The translations under genes were made by a program, and so were the position numbers. From Bacteroidota bacterium (GTDB lineage Bacteria; Bacteroidota; Bacteroidia; Bacteroidales; UBA7960): DNA of 64,000 bases. Under the pieces are notes generated by a model. That model was not told the origin of the DNA, did not search any database, and saw only the letters and a list, made by a program, of their open reading frames with translations. Positions 1 through 8,263 of the stretch are shown one piece after another. Position 1 is the first letter of the stretch, and each line of letters opens with the position of its first letter. The DNA lies in contig REDJ01000106.1 of NCBI GenBank assembly GCA_007693555.1, positions 2,496 through 66,495 of the forward strand, written 5' to 3'.

Positions 1-1
1 T

Positions 2-598
2 TGGTACGAATCAGGTAAGATAAGTCACACAGGTCCTTTTCTTGATGATAAGGAGCATGGAGAATGGACAAGATGGTTTGAAAGTGGACAAAAAATGGAC
101 CATGGATTCTACAGACATGCGCGCATGGACAGTATCTGGACGGGTTGGCATGAAAACGGCAATTTGAGATACCAGATAACTTACCGTTATGACCCCGAAC
201 AGGAAGGAGAAGTAAGGCATGGTAAAGCAACAAACTGGCTGGAAGATGGAAGCCTGCGAAGAGTGGCGCATTATCAAAACGGACTGTTACATGGAAGCTT
301 TGCGCAATATTATTTTAACGGCAGCATCATGGAAGAAGGCCGCTATGAAGAAAACATGAAACAGGGCCGTTGGGTGTTTTATGATGAAAGAGGCCGGAAA
401 ATCAGGGAACAGGGATTTAAGGATAACCGTATGCATGGGGATTTTATAGCCTACCACGGAAACGGCCGACAAAGAGAACAAGGCCGGTATGTTGATGGAG
501 TGAAGCAGGGAAGATGGACAATATGGGATAATGAGGGAAACAGAATACGCAGACTGGTTTTTGAAAACGGTAGAATTGTTGAAATGCGCAACAACTGA
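2..598 (+). CDS. MORN-repeat-variant (YwqK-like) repeat protein, 5'-truncated by the window edge
   Basis: The frame is open from nt 2 (WYESGKISHTGPFLDDKEHGEW...) into the listed 95..598 ORF. It contains repeated G-x-W-x2-[WY]-x-[EDN]-[NG]-G-like units (WHENGNL, WLEDGSL, YYFNGSI, YHGNGRQ, WDNEGN), typical of MORN_2 repeats. Confidence 0.7.
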   Translation, partial: WYESGKISHTGPFLDDKEHGEWTRWFESGQKMDHGFYRHARMDSIWTGWHENGNLRYQITYRYDPEQEGEVRHGKATNWLEDGSLRRVAHYQNGLLHGSFAQYYFNGSIMEEGRYEENMKQGRWVFYDERGRKIREQGFKDNRMHGDFIAYHGNGRQREQGRYVDGVKQGRWTIWDNEGNRIRRLVFENGRIVEMRNN

Positions 599-749
599 TT
601 ATCCCAAATTAATCATTAGGAGGCTTGCTAAAGCCGAACTACATGATTTAGTTGGGTTTATCCCGATTTAGAAATTGTATGAAGTGGCATTTATGCTACT
701 GAATTACAAGTTCTTATTCGTTTACGCATTTCTGATGCGTAATATGGGA

Positions 750-1463
750 TTATTTTTCCGGAAAATTGCTGTTGGCAAATTTCTTCAAAAGCTCTTCGGT
801 TTTGGGCAACATATCATCTTTTACCGATTGAAAAGTTATATCAGCAATATATTTGTCTTCCTCGGGTGCGAGTTCGATTTTTATTTCCTTGCCTGCAACA
901 ATCCACGGTAATTCAAGTATTTGTTTCCTTAGCATCTGCTGAATATTCTGAGCACCATATTTTTGTGGTATTTTGAGCTTCACATTTTGATTTTTCTCCT
1001 GTCCCTGTTCTTCAATCCTGGTAATCTGTTTCCCTGTTAAATTGCTGTATGGAACCTTTATACGTTCACCTCCGGATGTTAATATTTCAACAGAAACATA
1101 ACCCAAAGAAACAATTGTACCTGCAAAAGAATCGGTTTTAATCCGGTTTCCCGGATAAAAACCATGGTCGGCCCTTAAAACGGCACCTGAAATAAAATCC
1201 CTTAAAACAAACCAGCTTACCACTAAAATAAAAATAACTGCCAGGCTTCCCGATAAAACAGGGTAAATAACCAAAGCAGAGAAATGAATATATACAGCCC
1301 AAAAGATAAAAGCAGTCCATACTAAAACCTCCAGCCAGGGATAAAACCTAAAAATATAGGGATAATAAAATTTTTTCCTGGCAGCAAGCTTTAGAAAATA
1401 AAAACCAGCCCTTAGAAATATAGCCAGAGCAATTGCAACTATTATGGTATAAAGTATTTGCAT
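750..1463 (-). CDS. small mechanosensitive (MscS-family) ion channel protein
   Basis: The N-terminal half is hydrophobic with several TM helices. It is followed by an MscS beta-domain-like segment (GNRIKTDSFAGTIVSLGYVSVEILTSGGERIKVPYSNL). The gene lies 39 nt downstream of the large transporter gene on the same strand. Confidence 0.7.
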   Translation of the reverse strand: MQILYTIIVAIALAIFLRAGFYFLKLAARKKFYYPYIFRFYPWLEVLVWTAFIFWAVYIHFSALVIYPVLSGSLAVIFILVVSWFVLRDFISGAVLRADHGFYPGNRIKTDSFAGTIVSLGYVSVEILTSGGERIKVPYSNLTGKQITRIEEQGQEKNQNVKLKIPQKYGAQNIQQMLRKQILELPWIVAGKEIKIELAPEEDKYIADITFQSVKDDMLPKTEELLKKFANSNFPEK

Positions 1464-1502
1464 GGTTTACATATCTTTTTTATTCGCAAAAAACCTGATT
1501 TT

Positions 1503-4500
1503 TTATAGCAGTTTTAATTCTTTCATTTTTTCCATCAGAGGCTGTTGTAAAGCCTGATTTATAGAAAAAATTCCCGGGAATTTTTCCACCAAAATACCTG
1601 ATTGCCAAAGGTTCATCACCTGGCTTTCCAGAACCTCTTCCTCCATTTGCAATATATCCGCAAGCTTTGAAACCGAAAGGCGAAGATGATACACAAATTG
1701 AAGGAGATATAAAATCTGTTCGCGGGATAATTTATCCAGAAACATTGCATCGGGCTTTGGAGGTTTGCTAATATAAATGGTTTTGCCGCTAACCTTATCA
1801 ATTGATGCCAGCCATAAATTTATGGCATTCCCCGGGTTACCCTTGCTGATATCAAAATAACGGTTAAAAAGACTGGCAAAATCCCATGCAGTCATTTGGT
1901 TTTCATTCTTTTTGTCCAGAACAAACTTTATACCTCCGGCTTTGTGTCGCAGCATAATCAAATCTTTCAATTCTCTTGCATCAAAACCAGGGCAGACTAT
2001 CTGTCCCAAAGCCCACGATTGAATACCTGTTAGCTGGTTAATGAGTTTGAGAGAATGAATATTTACATTGATTATAAACAGCACTTTACCGGAGTATCTC
2101 TTAATCAGACTCAAAAGCTTCTCTGGTATTTCAGTTCCTCCGGGTCTTCTTTCCCACCATAACTCAAGGTCATTGATAATAAAAACCTTTTGATTTTGCA
2201 GGGTATCAAATGCGGTATCAAGGTCTGAATATTTCCCTTCAAAAGCTTTGAGCAATGACTGTTCAAATAATAACAGGTCGGCACTACATTCCCGGGGTGC
2301 CCTGATATTATGTATGTTTTCGGGATTGAAATGTTTTCTTGCCAGAAGTTTTGAAAGGCTTGTTTTTCCTGAATTTCTGGCCCCAGTAATTATCAGGCAG
2401 CCGGGATGTCCTTCCTGAAATCTTTTAATGGCCGAAGATGCTCGTGCTATTTCCTCTTCCATACCCACCCAGAAATCTTCACCAATACCCGACTGTCCTG
2501 AAAATAATTTGCTGTAATAAAAAGGAAGTAGTTTTAAAATTTCAGCAGAAGGTGAATATTTATCCAGGTATGCATATACTTCTTCATTTGAAAGTTCTGT
2601 TTGTAATTCAGGTTTTTCCATTCGCCCCATCCATAATATGCTTTCACTTTTTGAATAGATGAGTTTAACAAATTGCTGCTGCATACTTTGCGATAAACTC
2701 TGATACCATCCTGTATATTTTCCCAAAATTTTGCGGCTTTCGGAAGCTTTGAATTTTTTCTCGATGCTACCCGAAGTTTTGGCAATAGTAGATGCTGAAA
2801 GGGGTACAAAAGCATTTTTCAGGCCTGTAAACAATGAAATTTCCATTCCTGAATAAACGTTTTTAATTATCATCTCCTGCTGCTCCAGTTTCTTCAATAA
2901 ATCTTCAGCAAGTTTATTCCTCTCTTCAGGGGTTTGATTTTCCTCATCGGTTTCCTCATAAAAATTGAAATTAATCAACCTGATAACATCCTGAACATTT
3001 TCAAAAACTTTTGCCAAAGTATTGGAATACTCCAGTTCTTGCTTTTTTGCGTAGTCAATAAGTTCGGAGGCGATGGAAAACTCAACAGCCTTTCTGACAC
3101 TTACTACAACTTCTTTTGCCTCCCTGAAATCTTTCTCCTCAAGTATTTTTGAAAAATCCTCACCGGATATGGACAATATTAGTGGTAGTTCTGAAAACAA
3201 TGCCGTGATTTCACTGAACAATTCGTTATAATGGTCGTCAATAACTATGTTTTCAAACTTACTGATTTCGGGTTTCTGTTTCCAGGCACCGCTTTTCACA
3301 TAGTCGTCCATCTGTTTTTTTAAATCCTGCAGGGGTTTTATGAGTGATGAATTCAGGGTGATTTGAAAATCACTGTTATACTTATTGATTTTAGCTTCAA
3401 TTCTGTTTCTTAAAGAAAGAAACTGGAAATCCAGATAAATTTTATTCAGCAATAAAGTTGAATTGGTTGACCATATTTCAGGGAAACTAAGAATGTACTC
3501 CAGAGTATCGGCATCTTTATTACTCGCTTTTGGGAAAGCTTTAGATAAAAAATTCGAACCGGGTCTTTCAAGCAGGTTATTAAGGGTTTGAATATCATTG
3601 AGGAGATTTTCTTCCAGAGTTTTGCCTATATTGTGATAAAAGTTAAGGTCTTTCTCTTCCTGGATTTTCAGGGAAGCCCGGAAGCGGTCATTTTCCATAT
3701 GAATAATATTTTTGAACTTTTCAGGCTCAGAAACTCCTCTTTTACCCTTTTCAATCAACTCATATATATCAGCCAGAAGTTTTCTCACCTCTATGACATG
3801 TTCAAAACCATACATGGCAAAATCATGATACAGTTGTTGATGCAAAACCAATCGTTTATGGTACAGGTAATATCGTGCTGCTCGCTGCACTTTGATATTA
3901 TAAACAGCCGGCCTGCCTGTAACACGGGCTTTCATCAGCTTCCAGACTTTAAAAACCCCTGTGATGAAAGAATCTGCTTTAAGCAGTCTGAATTCTCTCC
4001 AGTTATATCTCACTCTGATATATCCGGGAAGCTCTTTCAAATATTTATCAAGTTCATCAAAATATTTTTTTGTGGTGCTGTCAAGCAATTGTTTTTCAAA
4101 AACCAGCACATCCCGTTTAAGAGTTTGAATAGTTTTTTGTGCCCTGAAGGAAAAATCATTGAGAAGCTTAAGAAAATCAGCCTTCATTTCACCCGGATTT
4201 TCAAGCCTGGATACAGTATCAAGTTGTGTTGCAGTTTTTTCTGTTATTTCCGAAAGATGTTCTCTGAAACTGTCAAGTTTTGCAAGAATCTGGTCAAACC
4301 CGTCGTTGTAAAATTTTCGGGTACTTTTTTCGAGTTTTTGGGCTACATTATAAACTTCATTGGCTATAATTTCACGCTGGGCAAGTTGCAAATTATCCAC
4401 TATCCGGAAACCGGGTTCTTCCGTAATTTCTGTTTCTTCAATTTTATCATCAGTGACATTTGCTATAACTCCGACATCATCAAACCCTGAGGATGAACTG

Positions 4501-6614
4501 ATAACTATTGATGTTTTGAGGTTTTTGAGCAGTTCATTGATATTTTCAAAGAAATCTTCATCCTTCATACCCAATTCCAGAATGGTAAGGTCGGTGTTGA
4601 CGGATTCTGAACGCATGATTTCATATGCGGGAAGCTGTTCAACACTATTGTTTATGACCATCACTTCGGCTTTTATTCGCTGGTTATCCAATATCTGGTC
4701 AATAAGTTCATAATATTTATCAGCCAGGTTTGATTTAGGATTAATTACCAGAATTCGTATGCGTGCATGTCTCCACTCATCAGAAGACAAAATAAAACGC
4801 ATTAAAGCAAGAGCAAAACTGAGATTTCGTCCTTTACCTGACCACCAAATATCTATTTGCTTCATTTTCCCAAATTCCTTTTCTTTATCGTAAGCAAGAT
4901 ATACCTGGTTATAATCAAGTTTATTAAAGGTTCTGACAAGTTTTGCGAATCCTTCCGGGTTGCGAGTATTTCGGGGCCATCCCATCAAAATGGTATTGGG
5001 TTCAAAGCCCGAGAAGCCATAAATTTTGGCAATGGACTCTATTCCCTCATAAACATTCCGGCAAACATGCCTGCGGGTAAACACACCTTTTCTGTCAAGC
5101 GCCTCCTCCGTTATAATTTGTTGATTTTTACTGAAAAGATTTTTTTCATCCTTACTTTCAACCAGCTCAAAATTGGTAAAAATCCCGAGTTTACCTACCA
5201 GGGCTTTCCCCATGTGTATGAGGTGCGGTCTGTGTTTGGCGCCACCACTGAACAAAATTACATTGGGTCTCCAGTTTCGGGGCTTATGACTTTCGGATGT
5301 AAGTTTTCCCAGTCCTGTTTTTACAACAGATGCCCATACACTGTTCCATGTGTCTCCTGTCTGAAGGGTTAGTTCGCGCCTTTTCAGGAACAAAAACAGA
5401 CCAATCAAAACCAATGAAGCACCAATCATGGCAATTACATCCAGTTGTATCATGATAATGATACATGCAAGAGCACCAATAATGCTTATAATACCGGGAA
5501 TTTTGAATGAGGGGCGAAAATCAGTGCCTGCCCAGCTTTCAACGGCATAGGTTATATTGAGGAAGCCATATGTTATAATGAAGAAAATAGTAACTATACG
5601 TGCAATTGCGTTAAGCTCACCAATAAGTATCCCCGATAATGCTATTATAAAGGTAAACAATAGCGCATTACGTGGCTCCTGGGAAGCGCCAAAACCTTTA
5701 CCCAGAAAACCCGGTGTAATACGGTCCAAAGCAGTTGCCTGCAATATTCGGGGTGCTCCCAGTATACTTCCCAGAGCCGAAGAAAGGGTAGCACCCAGGA
5801 TACCTGCAACTACCAGTTGCGGAAACCAGGCAATTTGAAAAAGAATATTCGGGTCATTGGCAAGTAAGTCTCTTTCCACAGTATGTGATAAAAAGAATGC
5901 CAGTCCTAAATATACCACCAATCCCGTAAAAACTGCCGCAATAGTGCCAAATGGAATATTTTTTTTAGGGTCTTTCAAATCACCTGACATGGAAACACCC
6001 GCCTCAAAACCTGTAACTGCCGGGAAAAAAATGGCAAATAAGGCTATCCACGGCAAAGCTCCCTCCATAGGAGCAAGAAGGGGCCGGTTGGGGTCAAACT
6101 CATGACTTCCGAAGAAAATTGAAACCAATGAAAGTAAAAGAACAGTTAAAATTATATACTGACTTTTTATTGCCAGTGATGTGCTTATAAAAGTAAGGAT
6201 TGTGAGTGAAAGCAAAGCAATTGCACCGGCAATACGTATGTTGTTGATGGTAGCTTCAAACCCAAAATAATTAAGCAAAACTTCTGCAAAACCAATAAGA
6301 TACAAACTCACACTGAATGACAAGCCCACAAAAAGAGCCAACCCCAGTGTCCCTCCGATTGGTAAACCCAAACTTCGTGAAATCATATAATATGTGCCTC
6401 CCTTTTCCACTTTTTTATCAGTAGCAATGGAGGATACACTCAGGCTGGTGGTGAATGAAATAATATGGGCTACCAGTATAATCCCTATCGTTGCCCACAA
6501 TCCGGCCTGCCCCACAATCCAGGGCAAACGCAGATACATGATTACACCTAAAATAGTAAGTATGGAAGGGGTAAATACACCACTAAAGGCACCAAATTTC
6601 TTTGCTTTTGCCAT
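1503..6614 (-). CDS. giant fusion protein: SLC12/CCC-type (APC superfamily) cation-chloride cotransporter domain + SLC12-like cytoplasmic domain + long helical region + C-terminal P-loop NTPase
   Basis: Uninterrupted 1,703-codon ORF. The N-terminus (FGAFSGVFTPSILTILGVIMYLRLPWIVGQAG) and ~12 TM helices match cation-chloride cotransporter homologs. aa ~445-720 carry NWRPNVILFSGG, GFEPNTILMGWP and IDIWW. Walker A GARNSGKT lies at aa 1411-1418 (nt 2361-2384), and Walker B-like VFIINDLE follows. Confidence 0.75.
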   Translation of the reverse strand: MAKAKKFGAFSGVFTPSILTILGVIMYLRLPWIVGQAGLWATIGIILVAHIISFTTSLSVSSIATDKKVEKGGTYYMISRSLGLPIGGTLGLALFVGLSFSVSLYLIGFAEVLLNYFGFEATINNIRIAGAIALLSLTILTFISTSLAIKSQYIILTVLLLSLVSIFFGSHEFDPNRPLLAPMEGALPWIALFAIFFPAVTGFEAGVSMSGDLKDPKKNIPFGTIAAVFTGLVVYLGLAFFLSHTVERDLLANDPNILFQIAWFPQLVVAGILGATLSSALGSILGAPRILQATALDRITPGFLGKGFGASQEPRNALLFTFIIALSGILIGELNAIARIVTIFFIITYGFLNITYAVESWAGTDFRPSFKIPGIISIIGALACIIIMIQLDVIAMIGASLVLIGLFLFLKRRELTLQTGDTWNSVWASVVKTGLGKLTSESHKPRNWRPNVILFSGGAKHRPHLIHMGKALVGKLGIFTNFELVESKDEKNLFSKNQQIITEEALDRKGVFTRRHVCRNVYEGIESIAKIYGFSGFEPNTILMGWPRNTRNPEGFAKLVRTFNKLDYNQVYLAYDKEKEFGKMKQIDIWWSGKGRNLSFALALMRFILSSDEWRHARIRILVINPKSNLADKYYELIDQILDNQRIKAEVMVINNSVEQLPAYEIMRSESVNTDLTILELGMKDEDFFENINELLKNLKTSIVISSSSGFDDVGVIANVTDDKIEETEITEEPGFRIVDNLQLAQREIIANEVYNVAQKLEKSTRKFYNDGFDQILAKLDSFREHLSEITEKTATQLDTVSRLENPGEMKADFLKLLNDFSFRAQKTIQTLKRDVLVFEKQLLDSTTKKYFDELDKYLKELPGYIRVRYNWREFRLLKADSFITGVFKVWKLMKARVTGRPAVYNIKVQRAARYYLYHKRLVLHQQLYHDFAMYGFEHVIEVRKLLADIYELIEKGKRGVSEPEKFKNIIHMENDRFRASLKIQEEKDLNFYHNIGKTLEENLLNDIQTLNNLLERPGSNFLSKAFPKASNKDADTLEYILSFPEIWSTNSTLLLNKIYLDFQFLSLRNRIEAKINKYNSDFQITLNSSLIKPLQDLKKQMDDYVKSGAWKQKPEISKFENIVIDDHYNELFSEITALFSELPLILSISGEDFSKILEEKDFREAKEVVVSVRKAVEFSIASELIDYAKKQELEYSNTLAKVFENVQDVIRLINFNFYEETDEENQTPEERNKLAEDLLKKLEQQEMIIKNVYSGMEISLFTGLKNAFVPLSASTIAKTSGSIEKKFKASESRKILGKYTGWYQSLSQSMQQQFVKLIYSKSESILWMGRMEKPELQTELSNEEVYAYLDKYSPSAEILKLLPFYYSKLFSGQSGIGEDFWVGMEEEIARASSAIKRFQEGHPGCLIITGARNSGKTSLSKLLARKHFNPENIHNIRAPRECSADLLLFEQSLLKAFEGKYSDLDTAFDTLQNQKVFIINDLELWWERRPGGTEIPEKLLSLIKRYSGKVLFIINVNIHSLKLINQLTGIQSWALGQIVCPGFDARELKDLIMLRHKAGGIKFVLDKKNENQMTAWDFASLFNRYFDISKGNPGNAINLWLASIDKVSGKTIYISKPPKPDAMFLDKLSREQILYLLQFVYHLRLSVSKLADILQMEEEVLESQVMNLWQSGILVEKFPGIFSINQALQQPLMEKMKELKLL

Positions 6615-6637
6615 GCCGATTATTTTTTGGGTTTACC

Positions 6638-6645
6638 CAAAGTTA
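6638..6645 (-). promoter_or_regulatory. candidate Bacteroidota sigma-A -7 box (TAACTTTG on minus strand) for the giant transporter gene
   Basis: The plus strand reads CAAAGTTA, the reverse complement of TAnnTTTG, 24 nt upstream of the start codon at 6614. Confidence 0.4.
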
Positions 6646-6683
6646 GAATATTTTGGGAAATAATAATCAAACCTATGCTCCTG

Positions 6684-6691
6684 TAATTTTG
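6684..6691 (+). promoter_or_regulatory. candidate -7 box TAATTTTG for the alpha/beta hydrolase gene
   Basis: TAnnTTTG match 25 nt upstream of the ATG at 6716. It is divergent from the box at 6638. Confidence 0.4.
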
Positions 6692-6715
6692 TTAATCATA
6701 AGTTAAAAGTTTTTC

Positions 6716-7618
6716 ATGAGAAAAAAAGTATCCATAACCTTTCTTGTATTAATACCTGTTTTATTGTGCCTGAGTAACTGCGTTCAGTTTCGTGAAAGTA
6801 CCGGCTTAATGCTGGGCCAATTTCCTGAGGCAAAAATTGATACGGTAATATATAATGAACGCAGCCTTCGCTATATGAGCATGCATCGTCATGACACATT
6901 GCCAACACTTTTTTTTCTCCACGGCTCTCCCAGCAGCATGAGTGTCTACAATGTCTATTATCAGGATAAAGACCTTGCAAACAGGGTGAACATTATTGCA
7001 GCTGACCGCCCAGGTTATGGATATTCCGGATTGGGAATGTCAGAAACTTCCATACGAAGGCAGGCAGAGAAAATGTGGAAGATTTTGGAAAAGGAAGGTT
7101 TTCCTTCACCACTTTATATTGTTGGAGCTTCCTATGGTGGCAGTGTAGCAGCGAGTATGGCTATGCTGCAACCTGAAATGGTTGACGGTGTCGTTTTGAT
7201 ATCAGCTTCGCTGGCCCCCGGCAAAGAAAAAACCTATGGAATTAGCTACATCATACAACGTGCACCCTTTCGCTGGCTAATGCCTGCCATGATAAGAGTT
7301 GCTAATGATGAGAAGCTAACTCATTATGAGGCCCTTACAGAAATTGTTCCCTATTGGGAAAGAATTATTGCACCGGTTGTGATGATTTATGGCACTGCTG
7401 ACCGCCTTATCTTTCCGGAAAATGCTGACTTTGCCCGCAGAAAACTTGTCAATAGCCCTGTCATTGAAAAACATCCACTTGAAGGTGAGGGTCATTTTCT
7501 GCAAATCAAATATAAAGACTTTATACTGGAAAGATTATTTAATCTGATAGAAAACGGAAGCCGGTATTCGGAACAAATTGAAAAAACTCCTGAAAAACCC
7601 GAAGTTTTGTCTTTTTAA
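6716..7618 (+). CDS. alpha/beta-fold hydrolase (secreted or lipoprotein)
   Basis: It has a signal peptide with LCLSNC, an HGSPSS oxyanion-type motif, the nucleophile elbow GASYGG, and a C-terminal GEGHF histidine region. Confidence 0.8.
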   Translation: MRKKVSITFLVLIPVLLCLSNCVQFRESTGLMLGQFPEAKIDTVIYNERSLRYMSMHRHDTLPTLFFLHGSPSSMSVYNVYYQDKDLANRVNIIAADRPGYGYSGLGMSETSIRRQAEKMWKILEKEGFPSPLYIVGASYGGSVAASMAMLQPEMVDGVVLISASLAPGKEKTYGISYIIQRAPFRWLMPAMIRVANDEKLTHYEALTEIVPYWERIIAPVVMIYGTADRLIFPENADFARRKLVNSPVIEKHPLEGEGHFLQIKYKDFILERLFNLIENGSRYSEQIEKTPEKPEVLSF

Positions 7619-7646
7619 TAACACCTTCGGACAACAATTCCAAAAA

Positions 7647-7922
7647 TCAATATTCCTGACTTTCTTCTACCTTCCTCTGTCTGAAAATCAGAGGTATTTG
7701 CTTGCCGGTGGGAGCACCTATTTCCATCAATTGCCAGTTTTTATCGTAATTGGCAATTTTTCGTTTAAGCACAGATACTCTGTCCTCAGAAGGGTGACAT
7801 CCTTCCCATTCCACAATTTCAACTTTATATTTCAGAGTCCGTTTGCGACCGTTGATACGCACATCTATTTCAACGTTCTGTTGCGCGTCAATTTCGGGGA
7901 TAAGTATTACGATCTCTCTCAT
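7647..7922 (-). CDS. small hypothetical protein (91 aa)
   Basis: Clean ORF with normal amino-acid composition in an otherwise empty interval. I recognise no motif. Confidence 0.45.
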   Translation of the reverse strand: MREIVILIPEIDAQQNVEIDVRINGRKRTLKYKVEIVEWEGCHPSEDRVSVLKRKIANYDKNWQLMEIGAPTGKQIPLIFRQRKVEESQEY

Positions 7923-8263
7923 GGCTTTTGTTTTTTCCTGGGTTTACAATTGAATATGATGAATGAATTGAAAACAAATCATTCATTGTAAAAAGGTTTA
8001 ATTAAATATGGCTTCAACTGCTGAAAAGAATTGAAAGCAGTAGCCCGATTAGAAAAAGAATCAGGAAAACAACACTGATTTGTTTGGTCATTAGGATTTG
8101 ATTTAAAATCAGAAATAGTTTTCCTTGATTAATGCAAACACCGTGCAAACGTACTCAAAAAACTGATTGGAAATGTTTTACAAAATTTTTGCAGGAAAAT
8201 TATCTGCTAAATTTGTATAAAAACAAAACAACTGTGTCCGCTTACGAACATCACGAAAAAGAT

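Noticed and set aside
2-598. The YwqK-like label could suggest a toxin-antitoxin module.
   Set aside because: The antitoxin name is an annotation habit for MORN-variant repeat proteins. No toxin partner is visible, and the gene is truncated by the window edge.
3588-4490. 300-aa ORF on the plus strand inside the giant transporter gene. The same applies to 4360..4713, 4857..5372 and 5557..6105.
   Set aside because: These ORFs are antisense to a long, well-supported CDS. The translations are low-complexity (F/I/K/S-rich) with no motifs. This is typical of shadow ORFs in AT-rich coding DNA.
7951-7988. AT-rich hairpin (tgaatga ... tcattca) upstream of the 91-aa ORF.
   Set aside because: The stem is only 7 bp and AT-rich, with a 12-nt loop and no flanking U-run. 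It is indistinguishable from chance in AT-rich intergenic DNA.
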